Assembly (NCBI GenBank): GCA_030390025.1
Contig: CM059433.1
Location: 29,080,001-29,144,000 of the forward strand
Source of the DNA: Squalus acanthias
Lineage: Eukaryota
DNA length: 64,000 nucleotides
Direction: 5' to 3'
The notes beneath the pieces are model-generated. The model saw nothing but the letters and a program-made list of their open reading frames with translations, had not been told where the DNA came from and did no database searches. A program made the position numbers and the translations under genes. Positions 11,007 through 25,458 of the stretch are shown in pieces. How positions within the stretch are numbered: the stretch's first letter is position 1; each line of letters opens with the position of its first letter.

Positions 11007-14000
11007 GTACTGCACTGGAGTGGGACTTGTGTCAAGGCCTGGTCCACTCAGGATTCTTCAGCCACCGAAAGAAAGGTGATTAAGGTTCCCGTGGAGCAGG
11101 AGTGCTCCCCCATCCACTCCACCCCCTCCACCCCAGGATTTCCCTTCGTTGGCCCCACTGGTTCCCGCTGCTCTAACCTAGTAATCCTCTGCCATGCTCA
11201 GTGCAGCACCCACACCGGTTATGCCAAGGTGGTGGTTCTGACTGCTCCATCTGCCATCTCCCACAGTTCCCACCCACTCTACTCTCTGGGCTTAAACATT
11301 TCTAACCTTCTTCTGTTCCTCTCCTCATTCCACTTATCCTAATGACTCCCTCGGAGAATCTTCCAATAAACGCCCATTATGGATCACCCTGATCAAATGT
11401 CTGCTCCCTTGAAATAATGCCCTCTTCATCCCTGTTCTGAACCTGAATAAATCCAACCTTTAGGAACCTGACCCTATCCAACCCCTCCACCCTACCCAAC
11501 TACCACTCCATCGCCAAGCTACCCTTCTGCCTTTTCAAGGGCCCCACAACTCTCGCCATCCCTCTCTGCATCCTTTTTGTCTGGCTTCTGTTCCACCCAC
11601 AGCACCAAGACCAACCTGCTCAATATTTCCAACTATATTCTAGTTTACTGAGACCGAAGTGCATTAAAAACATAAGACATTGGAGCAGGAGCAGGCCATT
11701 CAGCCCTTCCAGCCTGCTCCACCATTCAATAAGATCATGGCTGCATTAATCCCTCCTCAAACCGTCTGTGGTTTTTGACACAGCTTATCACAGTCTTCCC
11801 TACCTGTCCCAATGCAACAGCACATCTGCCGTGGTTTAGCCTGATGTGCCACCATGGTTATCTCTGGTATGGACCAAGGTTCCATCTTTGGTTGCTCACT
11901 TTCCTCACCTACATGTTACCCCTTGGCAACTTTAATTACAAGCATGGGGTCAGCTTGTATACATTTGTCGATGATACTGAGCTACACCTCTCCACCACCA
12001 CCATCATTCCATGACTGCGGCTGTGATGTCTGAGTCCTTGTCCCTTATCAAGTCATGGCAGAGCCGAATCTTTTTGCAGCTCAACATTGGCAAGACAAAA
12101 ATCCTGTTCAGCCTTTGACTGAAACTCTGTATCTTAGCCCCTGACCCTGATTCCCTTTTCTCGATGCCCATTTAAGCTCAACCTGACGATGTGCAACTTT
12201 TGCGTCTTATTTGTCCCTGCGCTCAGTTTCAGGCCCCACATTCAGTCCATCCCCAAGAACACTTACCTCCAAAATATTACTCACCTTTGTCCCTACTTCA
12301 CACCCTCCCCCCTCCACTGCTACTAAAACCCTCGTTTACATCTTAATAAACTCCAGACTCGGCTTTTCAAATACCCTCCTTGCTGGCTTCCTGAACCCTA
12401 CCCTACATAAACCCCAACTCATCCAGAACTCCATCACCCACATCCGATCCCACACAAACTCCAGCTCACCCACCATTGCTGGCCCGCATTGGGTCCGCAT
12501 TCTTCAATGCATCGACATCACAATTTTCACCAACAATTCTCTCCACAGTAATACGATAGCAAAATACTGCGGATGCTGGAAATCTGAAATCTCCTCTACA
12601 TTGTCACCACAGCCTCACTGCACCTTATCTCAGCAACATTCTCCAGCACTATGTTTCTGTTAACATCTTCTGCTCTTCCTGCTTTGGTTTACTGAGTGTT
12701 CCTCTTTCTTCTGCTCTACAGATTCCCACAGCGTCTCCCTGAACTACTCAAATTTGCTCTCTCTCCCCCCATAGGAACAGTAGGCCATTCAGCCCCTCGA
12801 GTCTGTTCCGCTATTCAATTAGATCATGGCTGATCGGTATCTTAACTCCATCTACCCGCCTTGGTTCTGTTACCCTTAATACCCTTGCCTAACAAAAATC
12901 TATCAATCTCAGTTTTGAAATTTCCAATTGACCCACAGCCTCAACAGCTTTTTGGGGGGAGAGAGTTCCAGATTTCCACTGGCCTTTGTGTGAGGAAGTG
13001 CTTCCTGACATCACCCCTGAATGGCCTAGCTCTAATTTTAAGGTTATGCCTCCTTGTTCTGGACTCCCCCACCAGAGGAAATAGTTTCTCTCTATCTACT
13101 CCATCAAATCCTTGAATCATCTTAAACAGATCAATTAGATCACCCCTTAACCTTCAATACTTAAGGTAAAATAAGCCTAGTCTATGTAACCGGTCCTCAT
13201 AATTTAACCCTTTCAGCCCCAGCATCATTCTGGTGAATGTGCACTGCACCCACTCCAAGGCCAATATATCCTTCCTGAAGTGTGGTGCCCAGAACTGAAC
13301 GCAGTACTCCAGAGGGGGTCTAACCATAGCTTGATATAACTGTAACTCCCTTGAGAAAAAGTCCAACATTGCATTAGATTTTAAAATCATTTTTTGTACC
13401 TGTCTATGCTATACAAATCTAAATTGACGTTTACCAAATTACACATGGGAACAGTTAAGTCTTATGTTGTTTACACAATTCCGTAACTTGGATGAACAAA
13501 ACCAACTTGCAATAAAATAATTCATTTGCAAGATAACGTAGACGTTGTTTTTTTTCTTTTATATGCTGTACAGGGGCACAGCACGAGATAACATTGTGTT
13601 CCCATCGGTCTTTCTAACTCTTCAAATCTGCATTACTGAAGTCTAGAAGAACTGGCTTTCTTAAGTACTCCACCCCTCCGACATGGCTACCTATTCGCTT
13701 GAGTTCTTTGATGAAGTAACAGAGAGGGTTGATGAAGGTAGTGTAGTAAATGTTGTAAATAAGGAACTTACAAAAGGCATTTGATAAAGTACCACATAAT
13801 AGACTTAATCGGAAAATAGAAGCACATGAGATTAAAGAGACAGAGGGAACATGGGTATGTAATTGGCTAAGGGATAGGAGGCAAAGAGTAGTGGTGAACG
13901 GATATTTTTCTGACAAGAGAGGATTATGCGGTGCGGTCCCCCAGGGGTCGGTATTCGGACCACTGCTTTTCTTGTAATATATAAATGACCTGGACTTGGG

Positions 14001-17000
14001 AATAGGGAATACAATTTAAAAGTTTGCCAGTACTGCACTGGAGTGGGACTTGTGTCAAGGCCTGGTCCACTCAGGATTCTTCAGCCACCAAAAGAAAGGT
14101 GATTAAGGTTCCCGTGGAGCAGGAGTGCTCCCCCATCCACCCCCCCCCCCCCCACCCCAGGATTTCCCTTCGTTGGCCCCACTGGTTCCCGCTGCTCTAA
14201 CCTAGTAATCCTCTGCCATGCTCAGTACAGCACCCACACTGGTTATGCCAAGGTGGTGGTTCTGACTGCTCCATCTGCCATCTCCCACAGTTCCCACCCA
14301 CTCTACTCTCTGGGCGTAAACATTTCTAACCTTCTTCTGTTCCTCTCCTCATTCCACTTATCCTAATGACTCCCTCGGAGAATCTTCCAATAAACACCCA
14401 TTATGGATCACCCTGATCAAATGTCTGCTCCCTTGAAATAATGCCCTCTTCATCCCTGTTCTGAACCTGAATAAATCCAATCTTTAGGAACCTGACCCTA
14501 TCCAACCCCTCCACCCTACCCAACTACCACTCCATCGCCAAGCTACCCTTCTGCCTTTTCAAGGGCCCCACAACTCTCGCCATCCCTCTCTGCATCCTTT
14601 TTGTCTGGCTTCTGTTCCACCCACAGCAGAAAGATCAACCTGCTCAATATTTCCAACTATATTCTAGTTTACTGAGACCGAAGTGCATTAAAAACATAAG
14701 ACATTGGAGCAGGAGCAGGCCATTCAGCCCTTCCAGCCTGCTCCACCATTCAATAAGATCATGGCTGCATTAATCCCTCCTCAAACCGTCTGTGGTTTTT
14801 GACACAGCTTATCACAGTCTTCCCTACCTGTCCCAATGCAACAGCACATCTGCCGTGGTTTAGCCTGATGTGCCACCATGGTTATCTCTGGTATGGACCA
14901 AGGTTCCATCTTTGGTTGCTCACTTTCCTCACCTACATGTTGCCCATTGGCAACTTTAATTACAAGCATGGGGTCAGCTTGTATACATTTGTCGATGATA
15001 CTGAGCTACACCTCTCCACCACCACCATCATTCCATGACTGCGGCTGTGATGTCTGAGTCCTTGTCCTTATCAAGTCATGGCAGAGCCGAATCTTTTTGC
15101 AGCTCAACATTGGCAAGACAAAAATCCTGTTCAGCCTTTGACTGAAACTCTGTATCTTAGCCCCTGACCCTGATTCCCTTTTCTCGATGCCCATTTAAGC
15201 TCAACCTGACGATGTGCAACTTTTGCGTCTTATTTGTCCCTGCGCTCAGTTTCAGGCCCCACATTCAGTCCATCCCCAAGAACACTTACCTCCAAAATAT
15301 TACTCACCTTTGTCCCTACTTCACACCCTCCCCCCTCCACTGCTACTAAAACCCTCGTTTACATCTTAATAAACTCCAGACTCGGCTTTTCAAATACCCT
15401 CCTTGCTGGCTTCCTGAACCCTACCCTACATAAACCCCAACTCATCCAGAACTCCATCACCCACATCCGATCCCACACAAACTCCAGCTCACCCACCATT
15501 GCTGGCCCGCATTGGGTCCGCATTCTTCAATGCATCGACATCACAATTTTCACCAACAATTCTCTCCACAGTAATACGATAGCAAAATACTGCGGATGCT
15601 GGAAATCTGAAATCTCCTCTACATTGTCACCACAGCCTCACTGCACCTTATCTCAGCAACATTCTCCAGCACTATGTTTCTGTTAACATCTTCTGCTCTT
15701 CCTGCTTTGGTTTACTGAGTGTTCCTCTTTCTTCTGCTCTACAGATTCCCACAGCGTCTCCCTGAACTACTCAAATTTGCTCTCTCTCCCCCCATAGGAA
15801 CAGTAGGCCATTCAGCCCCTCGAGTCTGTTCCGCTATTCAATTAGATCATGGCTGATCGGTATCTTAACTCCATCTACCCGCCTTGGTTCTGTTACCCTT
15901 AATACCCTTGCCTAACAAAAATCTATCAATCTCAGTTTTGAAATTTCCAATTGACCCACAGCCTCAACAGCTTTTTGGGGGGAGAGAGTTCCAGATTTCC
16001 ACTGGCCTTTGTGTGAGGAAGTGCTTCCTGACATCACCCCTGAATGGCCTAGCTCTAATTTTAAGGTTATGCCTCCTTGTTCTGGACTCCCCCACCAGAG
16101 GAAATAGTTTCTCTCTATCTACTCCATCAAATCCTTGAATCATCTTAAACAGATCAATTAGATCACCCCTTAACCTTCAATACTTAAGGTAAAATAAGCC
16201 TAGTCTATGTAACCGGTCCTCATAATTTAACCCTTTCAGCCCCAGCATCATTCTGGTGAATGTGCACTGCACCCACTCCAAGGCCAATATATCCTTCCTG
16301 AAGTGTGGTGCCCAGAACTGAACGCAGTACTCCAGAGGGGGTCTAACCATAGCTTGATATAACTGTAACTCCCTTGAGAAAAAGTCCAACATTGCATTAG
16401 ATTTTAAAATCATTTTTTGTACCTGTCTATGCTATACAAATCTAAATTGACGTTTACCAAATTACACATGGGAACAGTTAAGTCTTATGTTGTTTACACA
16501 ATTCCGTAACTTGGATGAACAAAACCAACTTGCAATAAAATAATTCATTTGCAAGATAACGTAGACGTTGTTTTTTTTCTTTTATATGCTGTACAGGGGC
16601 ACAGCACGAGATAACATTGTGTTCCCATCGGTCATTCTAACTCTTCAAATCTGCATTACTGAAGTCTAGAAGAACTGGCTTTCTTAAGTACTCCACCCCT
16701 CCGACATGGCTACCTATTCGCTTGAGTTCTTTGATGAAGTAACAGAGAGGGTTGATGAAGGTAGTGTAGTAAATGTTGTAAATAAGGAACTTACAAAAGG
16801 CATTTGATAAAGTACCACATAATAGACTTAATCGGAAAATAGAAGCACATGAGATTAAAGAGACAGAGGGAACATGGGTATGTAATTGGCTAAGGGATAG
16901 GAGGCAAAGAGTAGTGGTGAACGGATATTTTTCTGACAAGAGAGGATTATGCGGTGCGGTCCCCCAGGGGTCGGTATTCGGACCACTGCTTTTCTTGTAA

Positions 17001-20000
17001 TATATAAATGACCTGGACTTGGGAATAGGGAATACAATTTAAAAGTTTGCCAGTACTGCACTGGAGTGGGACTTGTGTCAAGGCCTGGTCCACTCAGGAT
17101 TCTTCAGCCACCAAAAGAAAGGTGATTAAGGTTCCCGTGGAGCAGGAGTGCTCCCCCATCCACCCCCCCCCCCCCACCCCAGGATTTCCCTTCGTTGGCC
17201 CCACTGGTTCCCGCTGCTCTAACCTAGTAATCCTCTGCCATGCTCAGTACAGCACCCACACTGGTTATGCCAAGGTGGTGGTTCTGACTGCTCCATCTGC
17301 CATCTCCCACAGTTCCCACCCACTCTACTCTCTGGGCGTAAACATTTCTAACCTTCTTCTGTTCCTCTCCTCATTCCACTTATCCTAATGACTCCCTCGG
17401 AGAATCTTCCAATAAACACCCATTATGGATCACCCTGATCAAATGTCTGCTCCCTTGAAATAATGCCCTCTTCATCCCTGTTCTGAACCTGAATAAATCC
17501 AATCTTTAGGAACCTGACCCTATCCAACCCCTCCACCCTACCCAACTACCACTCCATCGCCAAGCTACCCTTCTGCCTTTTCAAGGGCCCCACAACTCTC
17601 GCCATCCCTCTCTGCATCCTTTTTGTCTGGCTTCTGTTCCACCCACAGCAGAAAGATCAACCTGCTCAATATTTCCAACTATATTCTAGTTTACTGAGAC
17701 CGAAGTGCATTAAAAACATAAGACATTGGAGCAGGAGCAGGCCATTCAGCCCTTCCAGCCTGCTCCACCATTCAATAAGATCATGGCTGCATTAATCCCT
17801 CCTCAAACCGTCTGTGGTTTTTGACACAGCTTATCACAGTCTTCCCTACCTGTCCCAATGCAACAGCACATCTGCCGTGGTTTAGCCTGATGTGCCACCA
17901 TGGTTATCTCTGGTATGGACCAAGGTTCCATCTTTGGTTGCTCACTTTCCTCACCTACATGTTGCCCATTGGCAACTTTAATTACAAGCATGGGGTCAGC
18001 TTGTATACATTTGTCGATGATACTGAGCTACACCTCTCCACCACCACCATCATTCCATGACTGCGGCTGTGATGTCTGAGTCCTTGTCCCTTATCAAGTC
18101 ATGGCAGAGCCGAATCTTTTTGCAGCTCAACATTGGCAAGACAAAAATCCTGTTCAGCCTTTGACTGAAACTCTGTATCTTAGCCCCTGACCCTGATTCC
18201 CTTTTCTCGATGCCCATTTAAGCTCAACCTGACGATGTGCAACTTTTGCGTCTTATTTGTCCCTGCGCTCAGTTTCAGGCCCCACATTCAGTCCATCCCC
18301 AAGAACACTTACCTCCAAAATATTACTCACCTTTGTCCCTACTTCACACCCTCCCCCCTCCACTGCTACTAAAACCCTCGTTTACATCTTAATAAACTCC
18401 AGACTCGGCTTTTCAAATACCCTCCTTGCTGGCTTCCTGAACCCTACCCTACATAAACCCCAACTCATCCAGAACTCCATCACCCACATCCGATCCCACA
18501 CAAACTCCAGCTCACCCACCATTGCTGGCCCGCATTGGGTCCGCATTCTTCAATGCATCGACATCACAATTTTCACCAACAATTCTCTCCACAGTAATAC
18601 GATAGCAAAATACTGCGGATGCTGGAAATCTGAAATCTCCTCTACATTGTCACCACAGCCTCACTGCACCTTATCTCAGCAACATTCTCCAGCACTATGT
18701 TTCTGTTAACATCTTCTGCTCTTCCTGCTTTGGTTTACTGAGTGTTCCTCTTTCTTCTGCTCTACAGATCCCCACAGCGTCTCCCTGAACTACTCAAATT
18801 TGCTCTCTCTCCCCCCCATAGGAACAGTAGGCCATTCAGCCCCTCGAGTCTGTTCCGCCATTCAATTAGATCAGGGCTGATCGGTATCTTAACTCCATCT
18901 ACCCGCCTTGGTTCCGTAACCCTTAATACCCTTGCTTAACAAAAATCTATCAATCTCAGTTTTGAAATTTCCAATTGACCCCCAGCCTCAACAGCTTTTT
19001 GTGGGGAGAGAGTTCCAGATTTCCACTGGCCTTTGTGTGAGGAAGTGCTTCCTGACATCACCCCTGAATGGCCTAGCTCTAATTTTAAGGTTATGCCTCC
19101 TTGTTCTGGACTCCCCCACCAGAGGAAATAGTTTCTCTCTATCTACCCTATCAAATCCTTGAATCATCTTAAACAGATCAATTAGATCACCCCTTAACCT
19201 TCAATACTTAAGGTAAAATAAGCCTAGTCTATGTAACCGGTCCTCATAATTTAACCCTTTCAGCCCCAGCATCATTCTGGTGAATGTGCACTGCACCCAC
19301 TCCAAGGCCAATATATCCTTCCTGAAGTGTGGTGCCCAGAACTGAACGCAGTACTCCAGAGGGGGTCTAACCATAGCTTGATATAACTGTAACTCCCTTG
19401 AGAAAAAGTCCAACATTGCATTAGATTTTAAAATCATTTTTTGTACCTGTCTATGCTATACAAATCTAAATTGACGTTTACCAAATTACACATGGGAACA
19501 GTTAAGTCTTATGTTGTTTACACAATTCCGTAACTTGGATGAACAAAACCAACTTGCAATAAAATAATTCATTTGCAAGATAACGTAGACGTTGTTTTTT
19601 TTCTTTTATATGCTGTACAGGGGCACAGCACGAGATAACATTGGGTTCCCATCGGTCATTCTAACTCTTCAAATCTGCATTACTGAAGTCTAGAAGAACT
19701 GGCTTTCTTAAGTACTCCACCCCTCCGACATGGCTACCTATTCGCTTGAGTTCTTTGATGAAGTAACAGAGAGGGTTGATGAAGGTAGTGTAGTAAATGT
19801 TGTAAATAAGGAACTTACAAAAGGCATTTGATAAAGTACCACATAATAGACTTAATCGGAAAATAGAAGCACATGAGATTAAAGAGACAGAGGGAACATG
19901 GGTATGTAATTGGCTAAGGGATAGGAGGCAAAGAGTAGTGGTGAACGGATATTTTTCTGACAAGAGAGGATTATGCGGTGCGGTCCCCCAGGGGTCGGTA

Positions 20001-20076
20001 TTCGGACCACTGCTTTTCTTGTAATATATAAATGACCTGGACTTGGGAATAGGGAATACAATTTAAAAGTTTGCCA
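11007..20076 (+). repeat. Tandem triplication of a ~3023-bp unit (11007-14029, 14030-17052, 17053-20076)
   Basis: The same junction TTTGCCAGTACTGCAC occurs at ~14029 and ~17052, and the ORF track repeats three times. Each unit holds SINE, decayed L2 (+), CR1 (-) and CR1 (+) pieces. Confidence 0.97.
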
Positions 20077-20177
20077 ATGATATAAAACTTGGCAATAGTG
20101 AGCAGGATAGTAGTAGACTTCAGGAGGACATAGACAGACTGGTGAAATGGGCAGATACATGGTAGATACAATTTAAT

Positions 20178-21813
20178 GGGCCAAAAATTCATCCCGCTGC
20201 GCGAGAGTACGCACTGCGTACTCTCGCGTATTCTCTCTCCAATTGCCGGTTTTCTGCATGCCCTGCGCATGCGCTGAAAACCGGCACTTGGTCTTTTGAA
20301 AAGGGGGCGGTTCCTCGGTGCATCGCGTGCGCGCTACAGGCTGCGCGCACGCTGTGCACTTCATGCTTTGGACGCGCAGGTAAGGACGGAAGATTTTAGA
20401 AATGGAAAAAGGAGTAAGACCCACTTTTAACAAGGTAAGTAGTGAATTAAGTATTTTTTTTAATTTTAGTTAACAGGTATATCTTTTTTAGAGACTTTAA
20501 AGACAGGTAAGTTTATTTTTATAACTTTTTAAAAGATTTTAAATTTTTTCAAAAATTTTATTTTTTATTTAAAATGGTTAATTTATTTAACTATACTTAT
20601 TTTATTAATGTGATGGTTTTTTTTTTAATTTAATTGAGGTTTAGCTGTTATTTTGGGGGGGTGTAAGATTCATAGGGGTAAAAATTCACTTGGTTGCGCC
20701 TCCCGTTAGCGCCTTAAGAGGGCGCTAATGGGGCGCAAAGCCGCTAACGCCCGGGCGCAGCGATGTTTGCGCCGCTCGAGAACTTAACTTGAGATTGTGC
20801 GGCGGCGCTAAAACTTACCGCTGCGACCACCTGCGCGCGCAGATTGTGACGTCATTCCATGGTGCAACGCCCTTGTGGCGCCCCGTAGCGGAAATTGAGT
20901 GGCGCCCCCTGCCTTACCGCCTGGCGCTTCCAACGACCAGAAGACTGGAACGCTATCAATCGCTGTGGGGCTGGGGGGGGCGCTATTTAAAGGGGGCCTC
21001 TTCCTGTCTTTTATTGTTGGTGGCATTTTTGAACTACGCATTCTGAGAGCGAGAGGGAGAGACTTCTGGAGAGATTCAACGTTGTGTGAAGGAGTTTTGG
21101 GTACTGAGCAGCACTTTGCAGGTTCATTTTGATTTGCCATTCCTTGTATCGATTTAGCAGAGACTGTGGGAGCTGCACTCTGAGCTCTTTGCCTGGTGCT
21201 CTCCATTGTTCTTTCCAGCACATTTGATGTGCAAGTCTCTCCAGGCCGAGATTCAAGGCTGCAATGAACAGGATGTGGATGGAAAGCAAGATTAACCATC
21301 CCCTTTAAGAACTGGCCCGTGCCATTGTGTGTGTGTTCCATTGCTGACTGACATTACATGAGCTTCGCCAGCGCTCCGAGTTAGCGCCTCACTGCTCGGC
21401 CTTTGCGCCTTAAGAGAGGTGTGCAGCGCCTGCTTTAGCGCTCCACTCACCTCCCGGGGCGGTAAAAGTGAAGTTTCCCGTCAGTGCCGATAATTAGCGC
21501 CAGGCGCTAATATTTGCGTCCGGGCGATATTTGCGCCCCAAATGGGGCGCGACCTAATTTCTACCCCATAGATTTCACAGCACGTATGTGAAACTTATGA
21601 ATGGAAGATGGTGTGCTGCCATTGGCTCTAACTGAGTCACGTGATCCCACAGCTCGCACGAATTCACTACGCCGGTGGGATACGCAAGCACTGCCCAGCT
21701 GATGTCTGGAACATCAAGTTCGTGCGAGCTGGATCTGAAAAAGCCAACGCGGAGTGAGAGATCGCGGGGAAGCCTTACCCCCGCGGGAACAGAGCGAGAT
21801 CAATTTCTGGGCC
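20178..21813. mobile_element. Non-autonomous Harbinger-like element (outer)
   Basis: Termini GGGCCAAAAATT and AATTTCTGGGCC, with AAT on both sides (20175-20177, 21814-21816). Confidence 0.8.
20675..21567. mobile_element. Non-autonomous Harbinger-like element (nested)
   Basis: Termini GGGGTAAAAATT and AATTTCTACCCC, with ATA on both sides. Repeated subterminal GCGCC/TTAGCGCC motifs; CpG-rich. Confidence 0.8.
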
Positions 21814-22945
21814 AATAAGTGTAAAGTGTTGCACTTTGGGAGGAACAGCGTGGAGAGGCAGTATAATTTAAATGGTACGATTTTGAGGGTATATTTGCAA
21901 TTTAAATGGTATATTTGCAAGAGCAGAGGAACCTGTGGGTGCATATTCACAAATCTTTGAAGGCGGTTAAGAAAGCATATGGGATACTTGGCATTGAATA
22001 CAAAAACAAGGAAGTCATGCTAAACCTTTACAAATCTCTGGTTAGGTCTCAGCCGGAGTATTGTGTATAATTCTGGGCACCACGCTCCACCAGGATGATA
22101 CATGGGATGAGGGACTTCAGTTATGTGGAGAGTTTGGAGGAGCTGTTCCTCTTACAGCAGAGAAGGTTAAGGGGAGACCAAATAGAGGGATTCAAAATTG
22201 TGAGCAGTGAGGGAGAATTTTTTTCCTCTGGCAAGTGGATCGGTATCAGAAGTCATAGATTTAAAATAATTGGCAAAAGAACAAGAGGGGAAATTAGGAG
22301 AAATTCTTTCACACAAAGGGTTGTTAAAATCTGGAATGCACGACCTGAGAGTGGTGAAAGCAGATTTCACAGGAACTTTCAAAAGACAACTGGACATGTA
22401 CGTGAAGAGGACTAATTTGGAGGGTCATGGGGACAAAGCTGGGGAGTGGGACAAATTGGACAGCTCTTTCAAAGAGGCACGATGGGACGAATGGCCTCCT
22501 TCTGTGCTGTAAGAGTCGATGATTCTATTGTATGATCCTATCAGTTAGCCTGGAATGGAGATAGATGACAGGTCAAACATCTCATCCACATGATAAAATT
22601 CACTGAGGTATTAAATTTATATAAACCTTCTTTTGATTTTGGGAAATCTGATTATAGTAAGAATCAAAATGAAAACTTCCACATTTTTATCATTGACACA
22701 TTGCTTTCTAGACCAGTTAACCTGCCCATTCTGTAGAAATCAATCAGTACGGGGTACATGACTTTACTTGTCGCCGCCCCCACCCCCGGAGAATTGTCCA
22801 AAATGGAAACAATATTCCCAAACTTGCATGAATATTTCAGCCAAATTGGTTTTTTTTAGCAGTTACTGTCCTGGTCAAATTCTGGTCTGGTGCCAACAAT
22901 CAAGGGTGAGGTGGGGCAGTAATTTTAACCGAACCCCAGAAAACC

Positions 22946-25458
22946 ACCCGACCTCACACTGCCTGTCTTCACATCCCGCCCGACCTCACACCCCGTCCGA
23001 CCTCACACCGCCCGACCTCACACCGCCCGACCTCACACCCCGTCCGACCTCACACCCCGCCCGACCTCACACCCGCCCGACCTCACACCGCCCGACCTCA
23101 CACCCCGTCCGACCTCACACCGCCCGACCTCACACCCCGTCCAACCTCACACCGCCCGACCTCACACCCCGCCCGACCTCACACCGCCCGACCTCACACC
23201 CCGCCCGACCTCACACCCCGTCCGAACTCACACCGCCCGACCTCACACCCGCCCGACCTCACACCGCCCGACCTCACACCCCGCCCGACCTCACACCCCG
23301 CCCGACCTCACACCCCGCCCGACCTCACACCGCCCGACCTCACACCCCGTCCGACCTCACACCGCCCGACCTCACACCGCCCGACCTCACACCCCGTCCG
23401 ACCTCACACCGCCCAACATCACACCGCCCGATCTCACACCCCGTCCGACCTCACACCCCGTCCGACCTCACACCCCGTCCGACCTCACACCCCGTCCGAC
23501 CTCACACCCGTCCGACCTCACACCGCCCGACCTCACACCGCCCGACCTCACACCCTGTCCGACCTCACACCCCGTCCGACCTCACACCCCGTCCGACCCC
23601 ACACCGCCCGACCTCACACCGCCCGACTCACACCGCCCGACCTCACACCGCCGACCTCACACCGCCCAACCTCACACCCCATCCGACCTCACACCGCCCG
23701 ACCTCACACCGCCCGACCTCACACCGCCCGACCTCACACCGCCCGACCTCACACGCCCGACCTCACACGCCCGACCTCACACCCCGCCCGACCTCACACC
23801 GTCCGACCTCACACCGCCCGACCTCACACCCCATCCGACCTCACACCGTCCGACCTCACACCCCGACCTCACACCGCCCGACCTCACACCGTCCGACCTC
23901 ACACCGTCCGACCTCACACCGTCCGACCTCACACCTTCACACCACCGCCCGACCTCACACCCCGTCCGACCTCACACCCTCCGACCTCACACCCGCCCGA
24001 CCTCACACCCTCCGACCTCACACCGCCCGACCTCACACCGCCCGACCTCACACCGCCCGACCTCACACCGCCCGACCTCACACCGGCCCGACCTCACACC
24101 CCGTCCGACCTCACACCCGCCCGACCTCACACCCGCCCGACCTCACACCCCGTCCGACCTCACACCGCCCGACCTCACACCCGCCCGACCTCACACCGCC
24201 CGACCTCACACCCCGTCCGACCTCACACCGCCCGACATCACACCCCGTCCGACCTCAGACCCGTCCGACCTCACACCCGTCCGACTTCACCCCGCCCGAC
24301 CTCACACCCCGCCCGACCTCACACCGCCCATCCCTCACCCCGCCCGACCTCACACCCCGCCCGACCTCACACCCCGCCCGACCTCACACCCCGTCCGACC
24401 TCACAGCCCGTCCGACCTCACACCGTCCGACCTCACACCCCGTCCGACCTCACACCGCCGACCTCACACCGTCCGACCTCACACCCCGTCCGACCTCACA
24501 CCGCCCGACCTCATACCCCCCCCGCCCACCGACCTCACACCGCCCGACTCACACACCGCCCGACCTCACACCCGCCCGACCTCACACCCCGCCCCGACCN
24601 NNNNNNNNNNNNNNNNNNNNNNNNNNNNNNNNNNNNNNNNNNNNNNNNNNNNNNNNNNNNNNNNNNNNNNNNNNNNNNNNNNNNNNNNNNNNNNNNNNNN
24701 NNNNNNNNNNNNNNNNNNNNNNNNNNNNNNNNNNNACACACCGCCCGACCTCACACTGCCCGACCTCACACCGCCCGACCTCACACCCCGTCCGACCTCA
24801 CACCCCGTCCGACCTCACACCCCCCCGACCTCACACCCCGCCCGACCTCACACCCCGTCCGACCTCACACCGCCCGACCTCACACCCCGTCCGACCTCAC
24901 ACCCCGCCCGACCTCACACCCCGCCCGACCTCACACCGCCCGACCTCACACCGCCCGACCTCACACCGTCCGACCTCACACCCCGCCCGACCTCACACCC
25001 CGCCCGACCTCACACCCCGCCCGACCTCACACCGCCCGACCTCACACCGTCCGACCTCACACCCCGCCCGACCTCACACCCCGCCCGACCTCACACCGCC
25101 CGACCTCACACCGCCCGACCTCACACCGCCCGACCTCACACCGCCCGACCTCACACCCCGTCCGACCTCACACCCCGTCCGACCTCACACCGCCCGACCT
25201 CACACCGCCCGACCTCACACCCCGTCCGACCTCACACCCCGTCCGACCTCACACCGTCCGACCTCACACCGTCCGACCTCACACCGTCCGACCTCACACT
25301 CCGCCCAAACTCACTGCCCGACCTCACACTCCGCCCAAACTCACTGCCCGACCTCACACCCCGCCCGACCTCACACCCCGCCCGACCTCACACCCCGCCC
25401 GACCTCACACCCTGCCTGACTTCACTGCCCGACCTCACACCGCCCGACCTCACACCCC
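22946..25458 (+). repeat. 15-17-bp minisatellite CCGACCTCACACC(CC)G(C/T)
   Basis: Directly visible tandem array of well over 100 units, interrupted by Ns at 24600-24735. Confidence 0.98.
24600..24735. other. Assembly gap (136 N)
   Basis: Run of N inside the minisatellite. Confidence 0.99.

Larger units (their letters stand above)
7490..11030 (-). mobile_element. SacSINE1-like SINE split by two LINE insertions
   Basis: Collinear SINE pieces at ~7490-7563, 10122-10235 and 10885-11030. Confidence 0.75.
19735..22530 (+). mobile_element. Decayed CR1 LINE interrupted by nested MITEs
   Basis: RT-region relic continuing past the triplication end. It resumes at 21814 (NKCKVLHFGRN) and ends in a CR1 tail. 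Confidence 0.8.

Noticed and set aside
12211..12663. 150-aa ORF present three times
   Set aside because: Decayed L2 ORF2 (SRLGFSNTLLAG..QLIQNS); the identity comes from the triplication, not from selection.
22768..25419. 883-aa Pro/Thr/His-rich ORF
   Set aside because: Translation of a minisatellite that lacks stop codons on this strand; it also spans an N gap.
22946..25458. CRISPR-like array
   Set aside because: Units are directly adjacent with no unique spacers, and the context is vertebrate.
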